Positions 36,503 to 45,994 of a DNA stretch of 56,328 nt are shown here, piece after piece. Position numbers and translations under genes: made by a program. How positions within the stretch are numbered: the first letter of the stretch is position 1; every line of letters begins with the position of its first letter. The DNA comes from Nitrosopumilus sp. (lineage in GTDB: Archaea; Thermoproteota; Nitrososphaeria; Nitrososphaerales; Nitrosopumilaceae). The notes under the pieces were generated by a model that did no database searches, was not told where the DNA came from, and was given only the letters and a program-made list of their open reading frames with translations. The DNA lies in contig JABGZU010000084.1 in NCBI GenBank assembly GCA_018674605.1, forward strand, positions 1 through 56,328. Reading direction: 5' to 3'.

Positions 36503-37306
36503 ATGATTACTATCAAAATTGGCGGAAGTGTAGTAGATGATTTACATCCATCCACAATTAAAGATATTAAAAAAACTGCAGAATCAGAAGGCATTATCAT
36601 AGTTCACGGAGGTGGAAAAGAAGTTACAAAAGTTTGTAAACAATTAGGTAAAGAGCCAAAGTTTGTAACATCTCCAAGTGGAATTAAAAGCAGGTATACA
36701 GATAAAGAAACTGCAGAAATTTTTACAATGGTAATGTCAGGCAGAATAAACAAAACTATTGTTCAAATGTTACAAAAAAATGGAATCAATGCAATTGGAT
36801 TATCAGGAGTAGATGCAAAAATAATAGAAGCAGACAGAAAGAAAAGATTGTTAATTGTAAATGAAAAAGGTCGAAAACAAGCAATTGATGGTGGATATAC
36901 AGGTAAAATTAAAAACGTAAATTCAGAATTTATCAAATCATTACTCAAACAAGGACTGACACCCGTAATTTCACCAATAGCAATTAGTGAAGAATCAGAA
37001 TTTCTTAATGTAGATGGAGATAGAGCTGCAGCGTATGTAGCTGGAAGTGTAGGAAGTGATAAAGTATTATTCATTACAAATGTAGATGGATTATTAATGG
37101 ATGAAAAAGTAGTACCAAAATTAACATTAGCAGAAGCAAAAGAAATTCGACCAAAAATAGGTCCAGGTATGGAAAAAAAGATTTTGGCTTCTACAGAAGC
37201 ACTAGACATGGGAGTCAAACAAGCTTTTATCGCAAATGGTCAAAAAGAAAATCCTATTTCTTCAGCAATCACACATGATAATTGTACGGTGATTGAACAT
37301 GAGTGA
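36503..37306 (+). CDS. lysZ: [LysW]-aminoadipate/glutamate kinase (LysZ/ArgB)
   Basis: KIGGS, VHGGG, SRYTD, NVDGDRAA, GPGMEKK. Confidence 0.93.
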   Translation: MITIKIGGSVVDDLHPSTIKDIKKTAESEGIIIVHGGGKEVTKVCKQLGKEPKFVTSPSGIKSRYTDKETAEIFTMVMSGRINKTIVQMLQKNGINAIGLSGVDAKIIEADRKKRLLIVNEKGRKQAIDGGYTGKIKNVNSEFIKSLLKQGLTPVISPIAISEESEFLNVDGDRAAAYVAGSVGSDKVLFITNVDGLLMDEKVVPKLTLAEAKEIRPKIGPGMEKKILASTEALDMGVKQAFIANGQKENPISSAITHDNCTVIEHE

Positions 37307-38480
37307 AGATCAACATATGGGAAATCTATATCAAAGATTTCCAGTTACAATTGAAAAAGGTGTAGGAGCTCATGTTTGGGATATCAAAGGAAAAGAGTAT
37401 GTAGATTGTATGGGAGGATATGGAGTAGCTCTAGTAGGACATCAAAATCAAAGAGTCAATAATGCAATTAAAGAACAAGTAGACAAAATTATTACGGTTC
37501 ACAGTTCATTGTACAATAAAACAAGAGAAGAGTTTTTAAAAAAATTAATTGAAATAGCACCAGAGGGATTAACACAAGTACATCTTAACAATAGTGGAGC
37601 AGAAGCAATTGAAGCTGCAATGAAATTTGCAAGAAAGTTTACAGGTAAAAAAGGAATGGTTGCAATGAAAGGATCATATCATGGAAAATCATTTGGGGCA
37701 TTATCATTAACATTTAATCCAAAATACAGAAAAGCATTTGCACCATTAGTTGAAAAAGTTTCTTTTGCATCATTTGGAGACATGGATTCACTTCGATCAG
37801 TTATTGATGAGGATACAGCTTTCATAATTTTAGAACCAATTCAAGGTGAAAGTGGAATAATTGTTGCACCAGATGGATTCTTACAAGAAGTTAGAAAACT
37901 ATGTAACGAAAAAGGAATTCTATTAATTTTTGACGAAATACAAGCAGGTTTAGGAAGAACTGGTCGATTATGGGCAGGAGAGCACTGGAATACAGTACCA
38001 GACATTTTGTGTCTTGCAAAAGGAATTGCAGGAGGAGTACCAATGGGTGCAACATTAGTTAGACCAGATATTTTAGCTGCAATAAGTAAAGGAGAACATT
38101 CATCAACATTTGGTGGAAATCCAATATCATGTGCAGCAGGAATTGCAGCTCTAAAATCAATAACAGAAGATGGATTAATTGAAAACTCTAAAAAAATGGG
38201 AGAAATGTTTAGAGAAGGATTAGAAAAATTGAAAGAGAAACATACGATGATTAGAGAGATCAGAGGAAAAGGACTAATGATTGGGATCGAAATGAAATTT
38301 GAAGTAAAAGATATTCTAATGGGATTAATTGAAGAAGGTGTTTTAATGCTATATTCAGGAAGAAATATTCTAAGAATATTACCACCATTAGTAATTAACG
38401 AAGAAGATGTAACAAAAGTTTTACATGCTTTAGATATTGTAATAGGTAGAGAGGAACAAAAAAGAAATGTACAAAGATAA
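37299..38480 (+). CDS. lysJ: [LysW]-semialdehyde aminotransferase (LysJ/ArgD), class III PLP
   Basis: NSGAEAIE, SYHGKS, EPIQGESG, FDEIQAG, AKGIAGG, STFGGNP; ATG at 37299 preferred. Confidence 0.92.
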   Translation: MSEDQHMGNLYQRFPVTIEKGVGAHVWDIKGKEYVDCMGGYGVALVGHQNQRVNNAIKEQVDKIITVHSSLYNKTREEFLKKLIEIAPEGLTQVHLNNSGAEAIEAAMKFARKFTGKKGMVAMKGSYHGKSFGALSLTFNPKYRKAFAPLVEKVSFASFGDMDSLRSVIDEDTAFIILEPIQGESGIIVAPDGFLQEVRKLCNEKGILLIFDEIQAGLGRTGRLWAGEHWNTVPDILCLAKGIAGGVPMGATLVRPDILAAISKGEHSSTFGGNPISCAAGIAALKSITEDGLIENSKKMGEMFREGLEKLKEKHTMIREIRGKGLMIGIEMKFEVKDILMGLIEEGVLMLYSGRNILRILPPLVINEEDVTKVLHALDIVIGREEQKRNVQR

Positions 38481-38886
38481 AACAGACGAGAGAATTATTG
38501 GATATCTAAAAGAAGATGCTAGAGAATCATTTGTAGATATTGGTAAAAAATTAAAGCTTTCAGAATCAGCAGTTAGAAGACGAGTAAAAAATTTAGTAGA
38601 TAGTAAAACAATTAATAAATTTACAATAGAGTTAGGAGAAGAAAATGTCACAAGCGCCATAGTATTGGTTTCAGTAGATTCTGCAACAGACACATCCAAA
38701 GTATCATTAAAACTTGCAAAATTAAATGGCGTAAAAACAGTTTATGAAATTACAGGACAATATGACATCACCACAATAATGAGTGCATCAAGTATTGCAG
38801 AAATTAACAATAGTATTGATGAATTGAGAAAAATTGCAGGTGTTGTAGATACCAATACAGTGATAATTTTAAAGAAAATTATCTAA
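38467..38886 (+). CDS. lysM: Lrp/AsnC-family regulator (LysM-like)
   Basis: HTH (LSESAVRRRV) plus RAM domain (EITGQYD); lies inside the lys/arg cluster. Confidence 0.8.
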   Translation: MYKDKTDERIIGYLKEDARESFVDIGKKLKLSESAVRRRVKNLVDSKTINKFTIELGEENVTSAIVLVSVDSATDTSKVSLKLAKLNGVKTVYEITGQYDITTIMSASSIAEINNSIDELRKIAGVVDTNTVIILKKII

Positions 38887-39003
38887 AAACGAGTTTCGTT
38901 TTAAAATTTTAAATCAAAACTAATTTAGGATCAATTAGAATTATTTTCAACGTAAATAGTACGAATATGTTTATATCATCAATTTTGATAAACGAATTCA
39001 GTA

Positions 39004-40170
39004 ATGAAAGATCCGAATCACTATGCAAATATCTATAACGCATATGAAAAAAATCCAAAAAAAATCAGAGTGTTAGATAGTACTCTAAGAGAAGGAGAGC
39101 AACATCCAGGAGTTTCATTTACAAATAAACAAAGAATCCAGATTGCATGGATGTTAGATTATTTTGGAGTGGATCAAATCGAGATATCCCCAATTGTATC
39201 AAAGGATCATCAAGAAGCAACTAAAACAATTATCAAACAAGGATTAACAGCAGACATTGTATCTCATGGACGTGCATTAAAAGGAGATATAGATATTTCA
39301 TTAAGCTGTGATGCAAAATGGTGTGCAGCATATTTAGGAATTTCAGATATACATCTAAAAGAAAAATTACGCATTTCAAGAGAAGAAGCTTTGGAAAGAG
39401 CTGTAGGAACAGTAGAGTATGCAAAATCTCATGGATTAAAAATTAGATTTACAGTAGAAGATGGAAGTAGAGCAGAACCAGAATTTCTATTAGAAGTATG
39501 TAAAGCAATTGAAGATGCAGGGGTGGATAGAATTAGTCTTCCAGATACAGTTGGAATTTTACGTCCAATTGGAATGTATAATTTTGTTAAAAAAGTTAGA
39601 GAAGTTGTAGACGTACCATTAGATGCACATGTTCATAACGATATAGGATTTGCAGTGGCAAATGCATTTTCAGCATGTGAGGCAGGAGTTGATCAAATTC
39701 ATACCACTATTGATGGGATAGGTGAAAGAACAGGCATACCTCCACTTGCAGAAGTAGCAGTTGCATTAACTTACTTGTACAAATCACCAAATGACTTTAG
39801 ATTAGATATGTTACTAGATTTATCTAAATTAATTGAAGATTATACAAAAATTGTGCCATACGATTCAAAACCAATTGTTGGATCATCAGCATACAAACAC
39901 AAAGCTGGTACACACCTTGCAGCAATTTTGAAAAATCCAGCTGCCTATGAGCCAATACCACCAAGAGCCGTGGGCAATAGAAGAAGAATAGTATTTGGAG
40001 AATTAGCTGGAAAAACAGGCGCTGCTTATTTGATGTCATTATTAGGATTAAAGAAAGATGAGGCAGGTGCAAAAGCAGTTGCAGCAGGACTAAAAAATCT
40101 AAGAATGGGAGATTTAATAGAAATTCCACTTGAAGACAGACTAGAAAAAAAGATAATTAATGATAAATAA
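39004..40170 (+). CDS. Homocitrate synthase (LeuA family, no regulatory domain)
   Basis: DSTLREGEQ, PDTVG, HVHNDIG, GIGERTG, HKAGTH; lysine-cluster context. Confidence 0.85.
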   Translation: MKDPNHYANIYNAYEKNPKKIRVLDSTLREGEQHPGVSFTNKQRIQIAWMLDYFGVDQIEISPIVSKDHQEATKTIIKQGLTADIVSHGRALKGDIDISLSCDAKWCAAYLGISDIHLKEKLRISREEALERAVGTVEYAKSHGLKIRFTVEDGSRAEPEFLLEVCKAIEDAGVDRISLPDTVGILRPIGMYNFVKKVREVVDVPLDAHVHNDIGFAVANAFSACEAGVDQIHTTIDGIGERTGIPPLAEVAVALTYLYKSPNDFRLDMLLDLSKLIEDYTKIVPYDSKPIVGSSAYKHKAGTHLAAILKNPAAYEPIPPRAVGNRRRIVFGELAGKTGAAYLMSLLGLKKDEAGAKAVAAGLKNLRMGDLIEIPLEDRLEKKIINDK

Positions 40171-40192
40171 AGAGGAGAAATGAAAGAAAGAT

Positions 40193-40360
40193 ATGTCAAA
40201 ATGTGAAGAATGTGATGCTGAGATCTCCATACCAAGTGATGCACTTGAAGGGGAAATTGTAACATGTCCAGAATGTGGCGCAAGTTTTGAATTAGCAAAA
40301 AGTTCAAATGGTTTCGATCTCAAGCCGGCCCAAACGGTTGGTGAGGATTGGGGACAGTGA
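40193..40360 (+). CDS. lysW: LysW-like carrier protein, copy 2 (55 aa, ends EDWGQ), not in ORF track
   Basis: MSKCEECDAEISIPSDALEGEIVTCPECGASFELAKSSNGFDLKPAQTVGEDWGQ*. Confidence 0.93.
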   Translation: MSKCEECDAEISIPSDALEGEIVTCPECGASFELAKSSNGFDLKPAQTVGEDWGQ

Positions 40361-41199
40361 ATCCTGATGTTACAATTCTTTACGATTCCATACGTTGGGA
40401 AGAAAAAGCTCTACTAGAAGCAGGTAAAAAAAAGAACATCAACATACAGATGGTTGATTGTAAAAAACTAGCATTAGATTTAGAAAAAAAACCTGAAGAC
40501 TATGGAGTAGTAATTCAAAGATGTGTCAGTTATTATAGAAATTTACATTCAACTGCAGCTTTAGAAGGGTTAGGAGTTAAAGTAATCAATTGTCTAAACA
40601 CAGGGGTTTTTGCTGGAAATAAATTATTTACACACATGTTATTAAAAAAATTTGGAGTTCCAACACCAGATGCAACAGTTGCATTTTCAAAAGATGCAGC
40701 AATTGAATCATTAGAAACTAATGGATATCCCAAAGTCATCAAACCAACAGTTGGTAGTTGGGGAAGATTAATTTCAAAATTAAATGATAAAGATTCAGCT
40801 GAAGGTATAATTGAAAGTAGAGAAACAATGTATCCAATTTATCAAATTCATTATTTAGAAGAATTTGTAAAAAGACCTCCAAGAGATATTAGAGCAATTA
40901 TGGTAGGAGATAAAATAGTTGCAGCAATTTACAGAAATTCAAAACATTGGAAAACCAATATGGCATTAGGAGGAACTGCAGAACCATGTAAAGTTACACA
41001 AGAAATGGAAGAGATGTGTATCAAAGCAAAAAATGCAGTTCAAGGAGATATTGTAGGAGTAGATTTAATGGAAAGTGAAGAAAAAGGGCTTGTCGTTCAT
41101 GAAGTTAATAATACAACAGAGTACAAAAATACTGTAAGGGTATGTGATGTAGACATACCTTCTCTAATGCTAGATTATGCACTAAAAGTAGATAAATAA
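40357..41199 (+). CDS. lysX: RimK-family LysW ligase, probably LysX (alpha-aminoadipate)
   Basis: GSWGRL, WKTNMALG, EVNNTTEYKN; GTG start at 40357 overlaps the lysW2 stop (GTGA). Confidence 0.88.
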   Translation: MNPDVTILYDSIRWEEKALLEAGKKKNINIQMVDCKKLALDLEKKPEDYGVVIQRCVSYYRNLHSTAALEGLGVKVINCLNTGVFAGNKLFTHMLLKKFGVPTPDATVAFSKDAAIESLETNGYPKVIKPTVGSWGRLISKLNDKDSAEGIIESRETMYPIYQIHYLEEFVKRPPRDIRAIMVGDKIVAAIYRNSKHWKTNMALGGTAEPCKVTQEMEEMCIKAKNAVQGDIVGVDLMESEEKGLVVHEVNNTTEYKNTVRVCDVDIPSLMLDYALKVDK

Positions 41200-41201
41200 A
41201 A

Positions 41202-42329
41202 TTGGACAATAATTTCACAGTAACTTCAAAGTTTGCAACAAAAATGCTAGAAAAAGCACTTCGACTTTACACACCATCTCTTAGTGAAAAACCAATGGCA
41301 GAATTTTTGGCAGATAAATGTGATGATTTAGGATTTGAAGATATACAAATTGATGAAGTAGGAAATGTAATTGCACAAAAAGGAACAGGATCTCCCAGAA
41401 TAATGTTATGTGGACATATGGATGTAGTTCCAGGAAAAGTAAAAGTTAGAAAAGAAGGAGATTCACTTTATGGTCGTGGTGCATCAGATGCAAAAGCACC
41501 ATTAATGGCAATGTTGTTTGCTGCAGCATCAATTAAGAACAATAGTGGAACAGTAATTTTTGTAGGAGCAGTAGATGAAGAAGGGAATGCAATAGGAATT
41601 AAAAATATTGTAAAAAAAGAAATGAATATTGATTATGCAGTATTTGGAGAACCTAGTGGAATTCAAAAAGTTACAATTGCATACAAAGGAAGATTAGCAA
41701 TCAATCTAAGAATCAGTGTTCCAGATAGTTCACATGCAAGTGCTCCATGGTTGTCAAAAAATGCAATTGAAGAATCAATGATATTTGTAAAAGAATTAAA
41801 AGAAAAATTAGAAAAAGGGCAGGATGGAAAAACTAAAGGAATGTTGTTAACTGCAACAATGACCGAAATTAGAGGTGGAACAAGTCACAATGTAACACCA
41901 AAAGAGTGTGAAACTACATTTGATATTAGAATTCCAGTAGATATGAATTGCAAATCAATTGAACAAAAAATTGCAACATTAGTTAAAGAAATTGCTCAAA
42001 ATAGAGAAGTGGAAGCATTTTACTCAATTTTAGATGAAACTGAACCATTTGAAGCACCACATAATTCGGCACTAGTTAGAGCATTCACATTAGGTATAAT
42101 GGAGGTAGAGAAATCCAGACCAACTTTAATTAGAAAAACAGGTACAGGAGACATGAATGTATTAGGTAACCAATGGAAAATTCCAGTTGTAACATACGGT
42201 CCAGGAGATCCACACGAAGCTCACACAATAGATGAAAAAGTTTCAATTGAAGAATATCTAAAAGGTATAGAAATTATCAAGGCAACACTACAGCATTTAA
42301 AAAGACTTCATGATAAAAAATTGCAATAA
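41202..42329 (+). CDS. lysK: [LysW]-lysine/ornithine hydrolase (LysK/ArgE, M20 family)
   Basis: GHMDVVPG, GRGASDAK, VDEEG, GEPS, TGTGDMN, YGPGD...H. Confidence 0.92.
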   Translation: MDNNFTVTSKFATKMLEKALRLYTPSLSEKPMAEFLADKCDDLGFEDIQIDEVGNVIAQKGTGSPRIMLCGHMDVVPGKVKVRKEGDSLYGRGASDAKAPLMAMLFAAASIKNNSGTVIFVGAVDEEGNAIGIKNIVKKEMNIDYAVFGEPSGIQKVTIAYKGRLAINLRISVPDSSHASAPWLSKNAIEESMIFVKELKEKLEKGQDGKTKGMLLTATMTEIRGGTSHNVTPKECETTFDIRIPVDMNCKSIEQKIATLVKEIAQNREVEAFYSILDETEPFEAPHNSALVRAFTLGIMEVEKSRPTLIRKTGTGDMNVLGNQWKIPVVTYGPGDPHEAHTIDEKVSIEEYLKGIEIIKATLQHLKRLHDKKLQ

Positions 42330-43366
42330 TGTTATCGTTTGTCGGTTTAGGAATTTCAGGATTTGAATCCATTTCAATTGAAGGGTTGAATGCAATATCA
42401 ACTGCAGACATTGTATATCTAGAACAATTTACAAGTCCAATTGGAAAATCAGATTTAGAAAAAATTCAAAATGCAATAAAAGGAGAGTTCAAGCCTGCAA
42501 AAAGATGGTTAGTAGAAGACGGTAATGAAATTTTAGAAAATGCAAAGGGCAAAAATGTAGTTTTGTTATCTTATGGAGATCCATACATTGCAACAACACA
42601 TATTGAATTACGAGCAAGAGCAATTGAAAATAAAACAGAAACACATTCCATACATGCATCATCAGCACTCACATCAATGATTGGAGAATGTGGTTTACAT
42701 TTTTACAAGGTTGGAAGAATAGCAACAATAATGAGTGAAATGAAATCACTCACTACACCATATTATGTAATTTATAAAAATTTGATAGAAGGTAACCATA
42801 CAGTATTGCTATTAGAATATAATCAAGACAAAGATTTTTTCTTGGATCCTAATGATGCATTGAAAGGACTATTAGAAACAGAACAAGGGCAAAGAAGAAA
42901 AGTCATCACAGAATCAAGTTATGTCATAGTAGCATCAAGAATTGGTTTTAAAGATCAAACAATTATTTCAGGTAAAATATCAAGTTTAGCAAAAATGAAT
43001 TTTGGAAAACCTCCACACACAGTAATTATTCCAGGTAGATTACATTTTACAGAATCAGATGCATTGAAATTATTTGGTCAATGCATAGATGAACCATTTG
43101 ATAATTCTGAAAAAACAGAAAAAATTTCAAAACAAATGATGAAAAAGTATGTACCAATGGTAAGAGAAGCACTTGAAGAAATTGAGCCACATTATAAAGA
43201 TCAAAAAGAATTCAAAGTAATTTTAGAAAATGCAGAATTATACATCAATGATGCTGAGAAATTTTTAGAAGACGGGCAAGATGAAGTTGCAATTTTGAGT
43301 ATAGGATATGCAGATGGACTAGTAGATGCACTAAGATTAGCAAAAGGTCTAGACCCCAAAATGTAA
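42329..43366 (+). CDS. dph5: Diphthine synthase with C-terminal DUF357-like domain
   Basis: VGLG, GDPYIATTH, HTVLLLE, FGKPPHTVIIPGRLHFTE; extra helical C-terminal domain. Confidence 0.9.
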   Translation: MLSFVGLGISGFESISIEGLNAISTADIVYLEQFTSPIGKSDLEKIQNAIKGEFKPAKRWLVEDGNEILENAKGKNVVLLSYGDPYIATTHIELRARAIENKTETHSIHASSALTSMIGECGLHFYKVGRIATIMSEMKSLTTPYYVIYKNLIEGNHTVLLLEYNQDKDFFLDPNDALKGLLETEQGQRRKVITESSYVIVASRIGFKDQTIISGKISSLAKMNFGKPPHTVIIPGRLHFTESDALKLFGQCIDEPFDNSEKTEKISKQMMKKYVPMVREALEEIEPHYKDQKEFKVILENAELYINDAEKFLEDGQDEVAILSIGYADGLVDALRLAKGLDPKM

Positions 43367-43410
43367 TATCATCAATAAATTAAAGAAGAGGTCAATAAGT
43401 ACAAAAAATA

Positions 43411-44028
43411 TTGGAATTAATTGAAAAGAAAATTCTATCAACAATGTACGTATGTCAAATTAATGGAACAAATCCAGTTGAAATAATTAAAAAGAAAACT
43501 ATGCTTTTAGATAATCAAATTGATACTAAAATCACAGAATTAATTGAAAAAAATTTAGTAAATGAAGATAAAATTACACTTACAGAAACTGGACGAGATT
43601 CATTACACATAGTATTAGCAGGAGGGGTTTTTGATATTATTCATCCAGGGCATATTTCCACACTAAATGCAGCAAAAGCATTAGGAGATGTGTTGGTGGT
43701 GGTGGTAGCAACCGACAATACTGCAGTAAAAATGAAAAAAAGAAATCCAATACACAGTCAAGAACAAAGGCAAGAATTAGTAAATTCATTAGAAGTAGTA
43801 GATCTTTGTTTAATAGGTCAAGAAGAAAATATTTTCAAAACAGTAAAGCATGTCAGACCACAAATCATTGCATTAGGATATGATCAAATTCATCAAGAAC
43901 AATTCATTACAGAGGGATGTAAAAAAATTAATTTAAATGCAAAAGTTGCCAGATTACAATCTCCAATTCCTGAAAGTTCTAGCTCTAAAATTCAAAAAGA
44001 GTATGGAAAATCAATTCATGGAATCTAA
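43411..44028 (+). CDS. ribL: FAD synthetase (cytidylyltransferase family) with N-terminal extension
   Basis: GGVFDIIHPGH, ALGYDQ, SSSKI; convergent with riboflavin kinase. Confidence 0.8.
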   Translation: MELIEKKILSTMYVCQINGTNPVEIIKKKTMLLDNQIDTKITELIEKNLVNEDKITLTETGRDSLHIVLAGGVFDIIHPGHISTLNAAKALGDVLVVVVATDNTAVKMKKRNPIHSQEQRQELVNSLEVVDLCLIGQEENIFKTVKHVRPQIIALGYDQIHQEQFITEGCKKINLNAKVARLQSPIPESSSSKIQKEYGKSIHGI

Positions 44029-44708
44029 GAATTAATTAGGATTTTTATTGAAACTTTCGAGCCATCTTTTAATTTAGTATTTTTACGTAAACATGTTTTA
44101 GATATTAATTCAATTACAGAGTCATCATGATGAGTACGTTCAAGCATAATTAATTCACAATTAATAGAATTATTTAATTTGGCTGAAAAACATTTTACCC
44201 AACCATATGTCCTCTTACCATCAGAAAAACTTTTAATTTTAATTCCATCTAAGGTTTCAAATTGTTTAATTGATTCTTGATGTATTTTTTGATCCAATCG
44301 AACATTGAGAGTTCCAGGAAATGGAATATAACCAATTTTAGACTTGAATTGTTTTGTGTATCCTTTTAATCCCATGTAATATGCACCTTCACCCATTCCA
44401 GAAACCAAAGTACCTTTTAGTTCAACATAAGATGGAGAAGAGTCTAAACTTTTTTGTAAAATAGAAGATAGTTTTACCATTTCAGAAAAACCCTTACTAG
44501 TAATTTTTACTGAAATATTCCTCCCATTAATAATTCGTGTAATGAATTTATTTTGATCTAATTCAAGTAAATGTTTAGATGCTGCTTGTTGAGATTTTTC
44601 TATATTTTTTCCTAAAGAAGAAGAAGTAATTGTAACATAGTTGTATTTAGCTCCTTTTGATAACAGATAAGAGAGAGTTAAGAGATGCTGAATTTTTAGT
44701 TCAGTCAA
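44025..44708 (-). CDS. ribK: CTP-dependent riboflavin kinase with N-terminal winged helix (RbkR-type)
   Basis: SQQAASKHL HTH; SGMGEGAYY, PFPGTLNV, RTHHD, ELIS. Confidence 0.92.
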   Translation of the reverse strand: MTELKIQHLLTLSYLLSKGAKYNYVTITSSSLGKNIEKSQQAASKHLLELDQNKFITRIINGRNISVKITSKGFSEMVKLSSILQKSLDSSPSYVELKGTLVSGMGEGAYYMGLKGYTKQFKSKIGYIPFPGTLNVRLDQKIHQESIKQFETLDGIKIKSFSDGKRTYGWVKCFSAKLNNSINCELIMLERTHHDDSVIELISKTCLRKNTKLKDGSKVSIKILINS

Positions 44709-44716
44709 CTAAAATC

Positions 44717-45862
44717 CTAAGATACGCCTAAATCAGCGAATGTTTTTATCGTCATGCCATCAGTAGAATTGGTTAATTTTGCAACTCTATGTCCAATGAC
44801 ACATTCAATTCCAGCATTTTTTGCACCATCTAAAAGTCGTTTGGTAATAATTCCATCCAATAGAAGATATTTGATTCCTGATTGAGAAGATAATTTGCTA
44901 ACAACTTCACTTATTGGAACTTTGAAAATTTCATTTTTATCACCATCTAATGCAGTTGCTTCAAGGGTTTCATTGAGATTTGGGAATATTTTAGATGCCA
45001 CTTCTGCAATAGATTTATCATTTTCATTATCAAGTTTTGGTGCAGGTTTACCATTTTTAATTTCATCTGCAATTGGTCTTAGAATTTCATCTAGTCTTTG
45101 TGGGGTTAATTCTTCAACCTCAACTCCAGTGTCTGCTTGTAATTCATAATCAAGTTTAACAACAGATTTGAGTTCTTTTAGAATAAATCCACCAGCTCTA
45201 TCACCATCAATAAAAGCAACAACAGTATCCTTTTCAGCACATAATTCTTTAATGGATTCATCAATTTTTGCACCTTCAATTGCAACGACATTATCATAAC
45301 CAGCTCGTAAAAGATTAATCACATCAGCTCTTCCCTCAACAAGAATTATCCATTTTGAATCAAAGACACCAGAACTACAAGTTAATTTTGATGGGCCATA
45401 TGTAGATAATTTACCAGAATCACCCTGATGAACATCATTTAACATAGTTTCACCTTCACTAACGGTTTTTGTTGCCCATTTTTGTTTAATTTCCTTTGCA
45501 CGTCTTACAATATCATCTTTTTTGGCAGCACGTACATCATCAATTGCATCTAAAGTAAATTTACAATCAAATGGACCAACCTTATCAATACTCTCAATAC
45601 CTGCAGCAATTAATGCACAAGTATCAATATCAGTACTCATTGGAATTATAGCATTACCATTAGTGGTATTAGAAGTAGATTTTGCAATAACTTCAATACG
45701 TCCTACTTTAGAAACTCGTTGTAGTTCATTCAAATTCATCTCTGGGCCTAACAGTCCTTCTGTTTGTCCAAATATGGCACCGATTATATCGGCTCGTTCA
45801 ACGAGTCCATCTACGTCGTATGAAAGTTTTACGTGGTACTTGACAATACCTGTTTGAGGCAT
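44717..45862 (-). CDS. dnaG: Archaeal DnaG-like protein (TOPRIM; exosome-associated)
   Basis: GAIFGQTEGLLG, VEGRADVINL, DGDRAG, DGIITKRL. Confidence 0.94.
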   Translation of the reverse strand: MPQTGIVKYHVKLSYDVDGLVERADIIGAIFGQTEGLLGPEMNLNELQRVSKVGRIEVIAKSTSNTTNGNAIIPMSTDIDTCALIAAGIESIDKVGPFDCKFTLDAIDDVRAAKKDDIVRRAKEIKQKWATKTVSEGETMLNDVHQGDSGKLSTYGPSKLTCSSGVFDSKWIILVEGRADVINLLRAGYDNVVAIEGAKIDESIKELCAEKDTVVAFIDGDRAGGFILKELKSVVKLDYELQADTGVEVEELTPQRLDEILRPIADEIKNGKPAPKLDNENDKSIAEVASKIFPNLNETLEATALDGDKNEIFKVPISEVVSKLSSQSGIKYLLLDGIITKRLLDGAKNAGIECVIGHRVAKLTNSTDGMTIKTFADLGVS

Positions 45863-45994
45863 AAATTATTAATCTCCTTTATCATTATAATTGGAATTCC
45901 AATTTACGATATATGAGGGTATCGCAAAATATTAACAAATTTTTAGATACAGCAAACGCTAAAGAGATTAAAAAATGAAAATAATGATACTAGT

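Noticed and set aside
40026-40323. Minus-strand ORFs 40026-40307 and 40141-40323
   Set aside because: Antisense shadows of homocitrate synthase and the real lysW2 gene on the + strand
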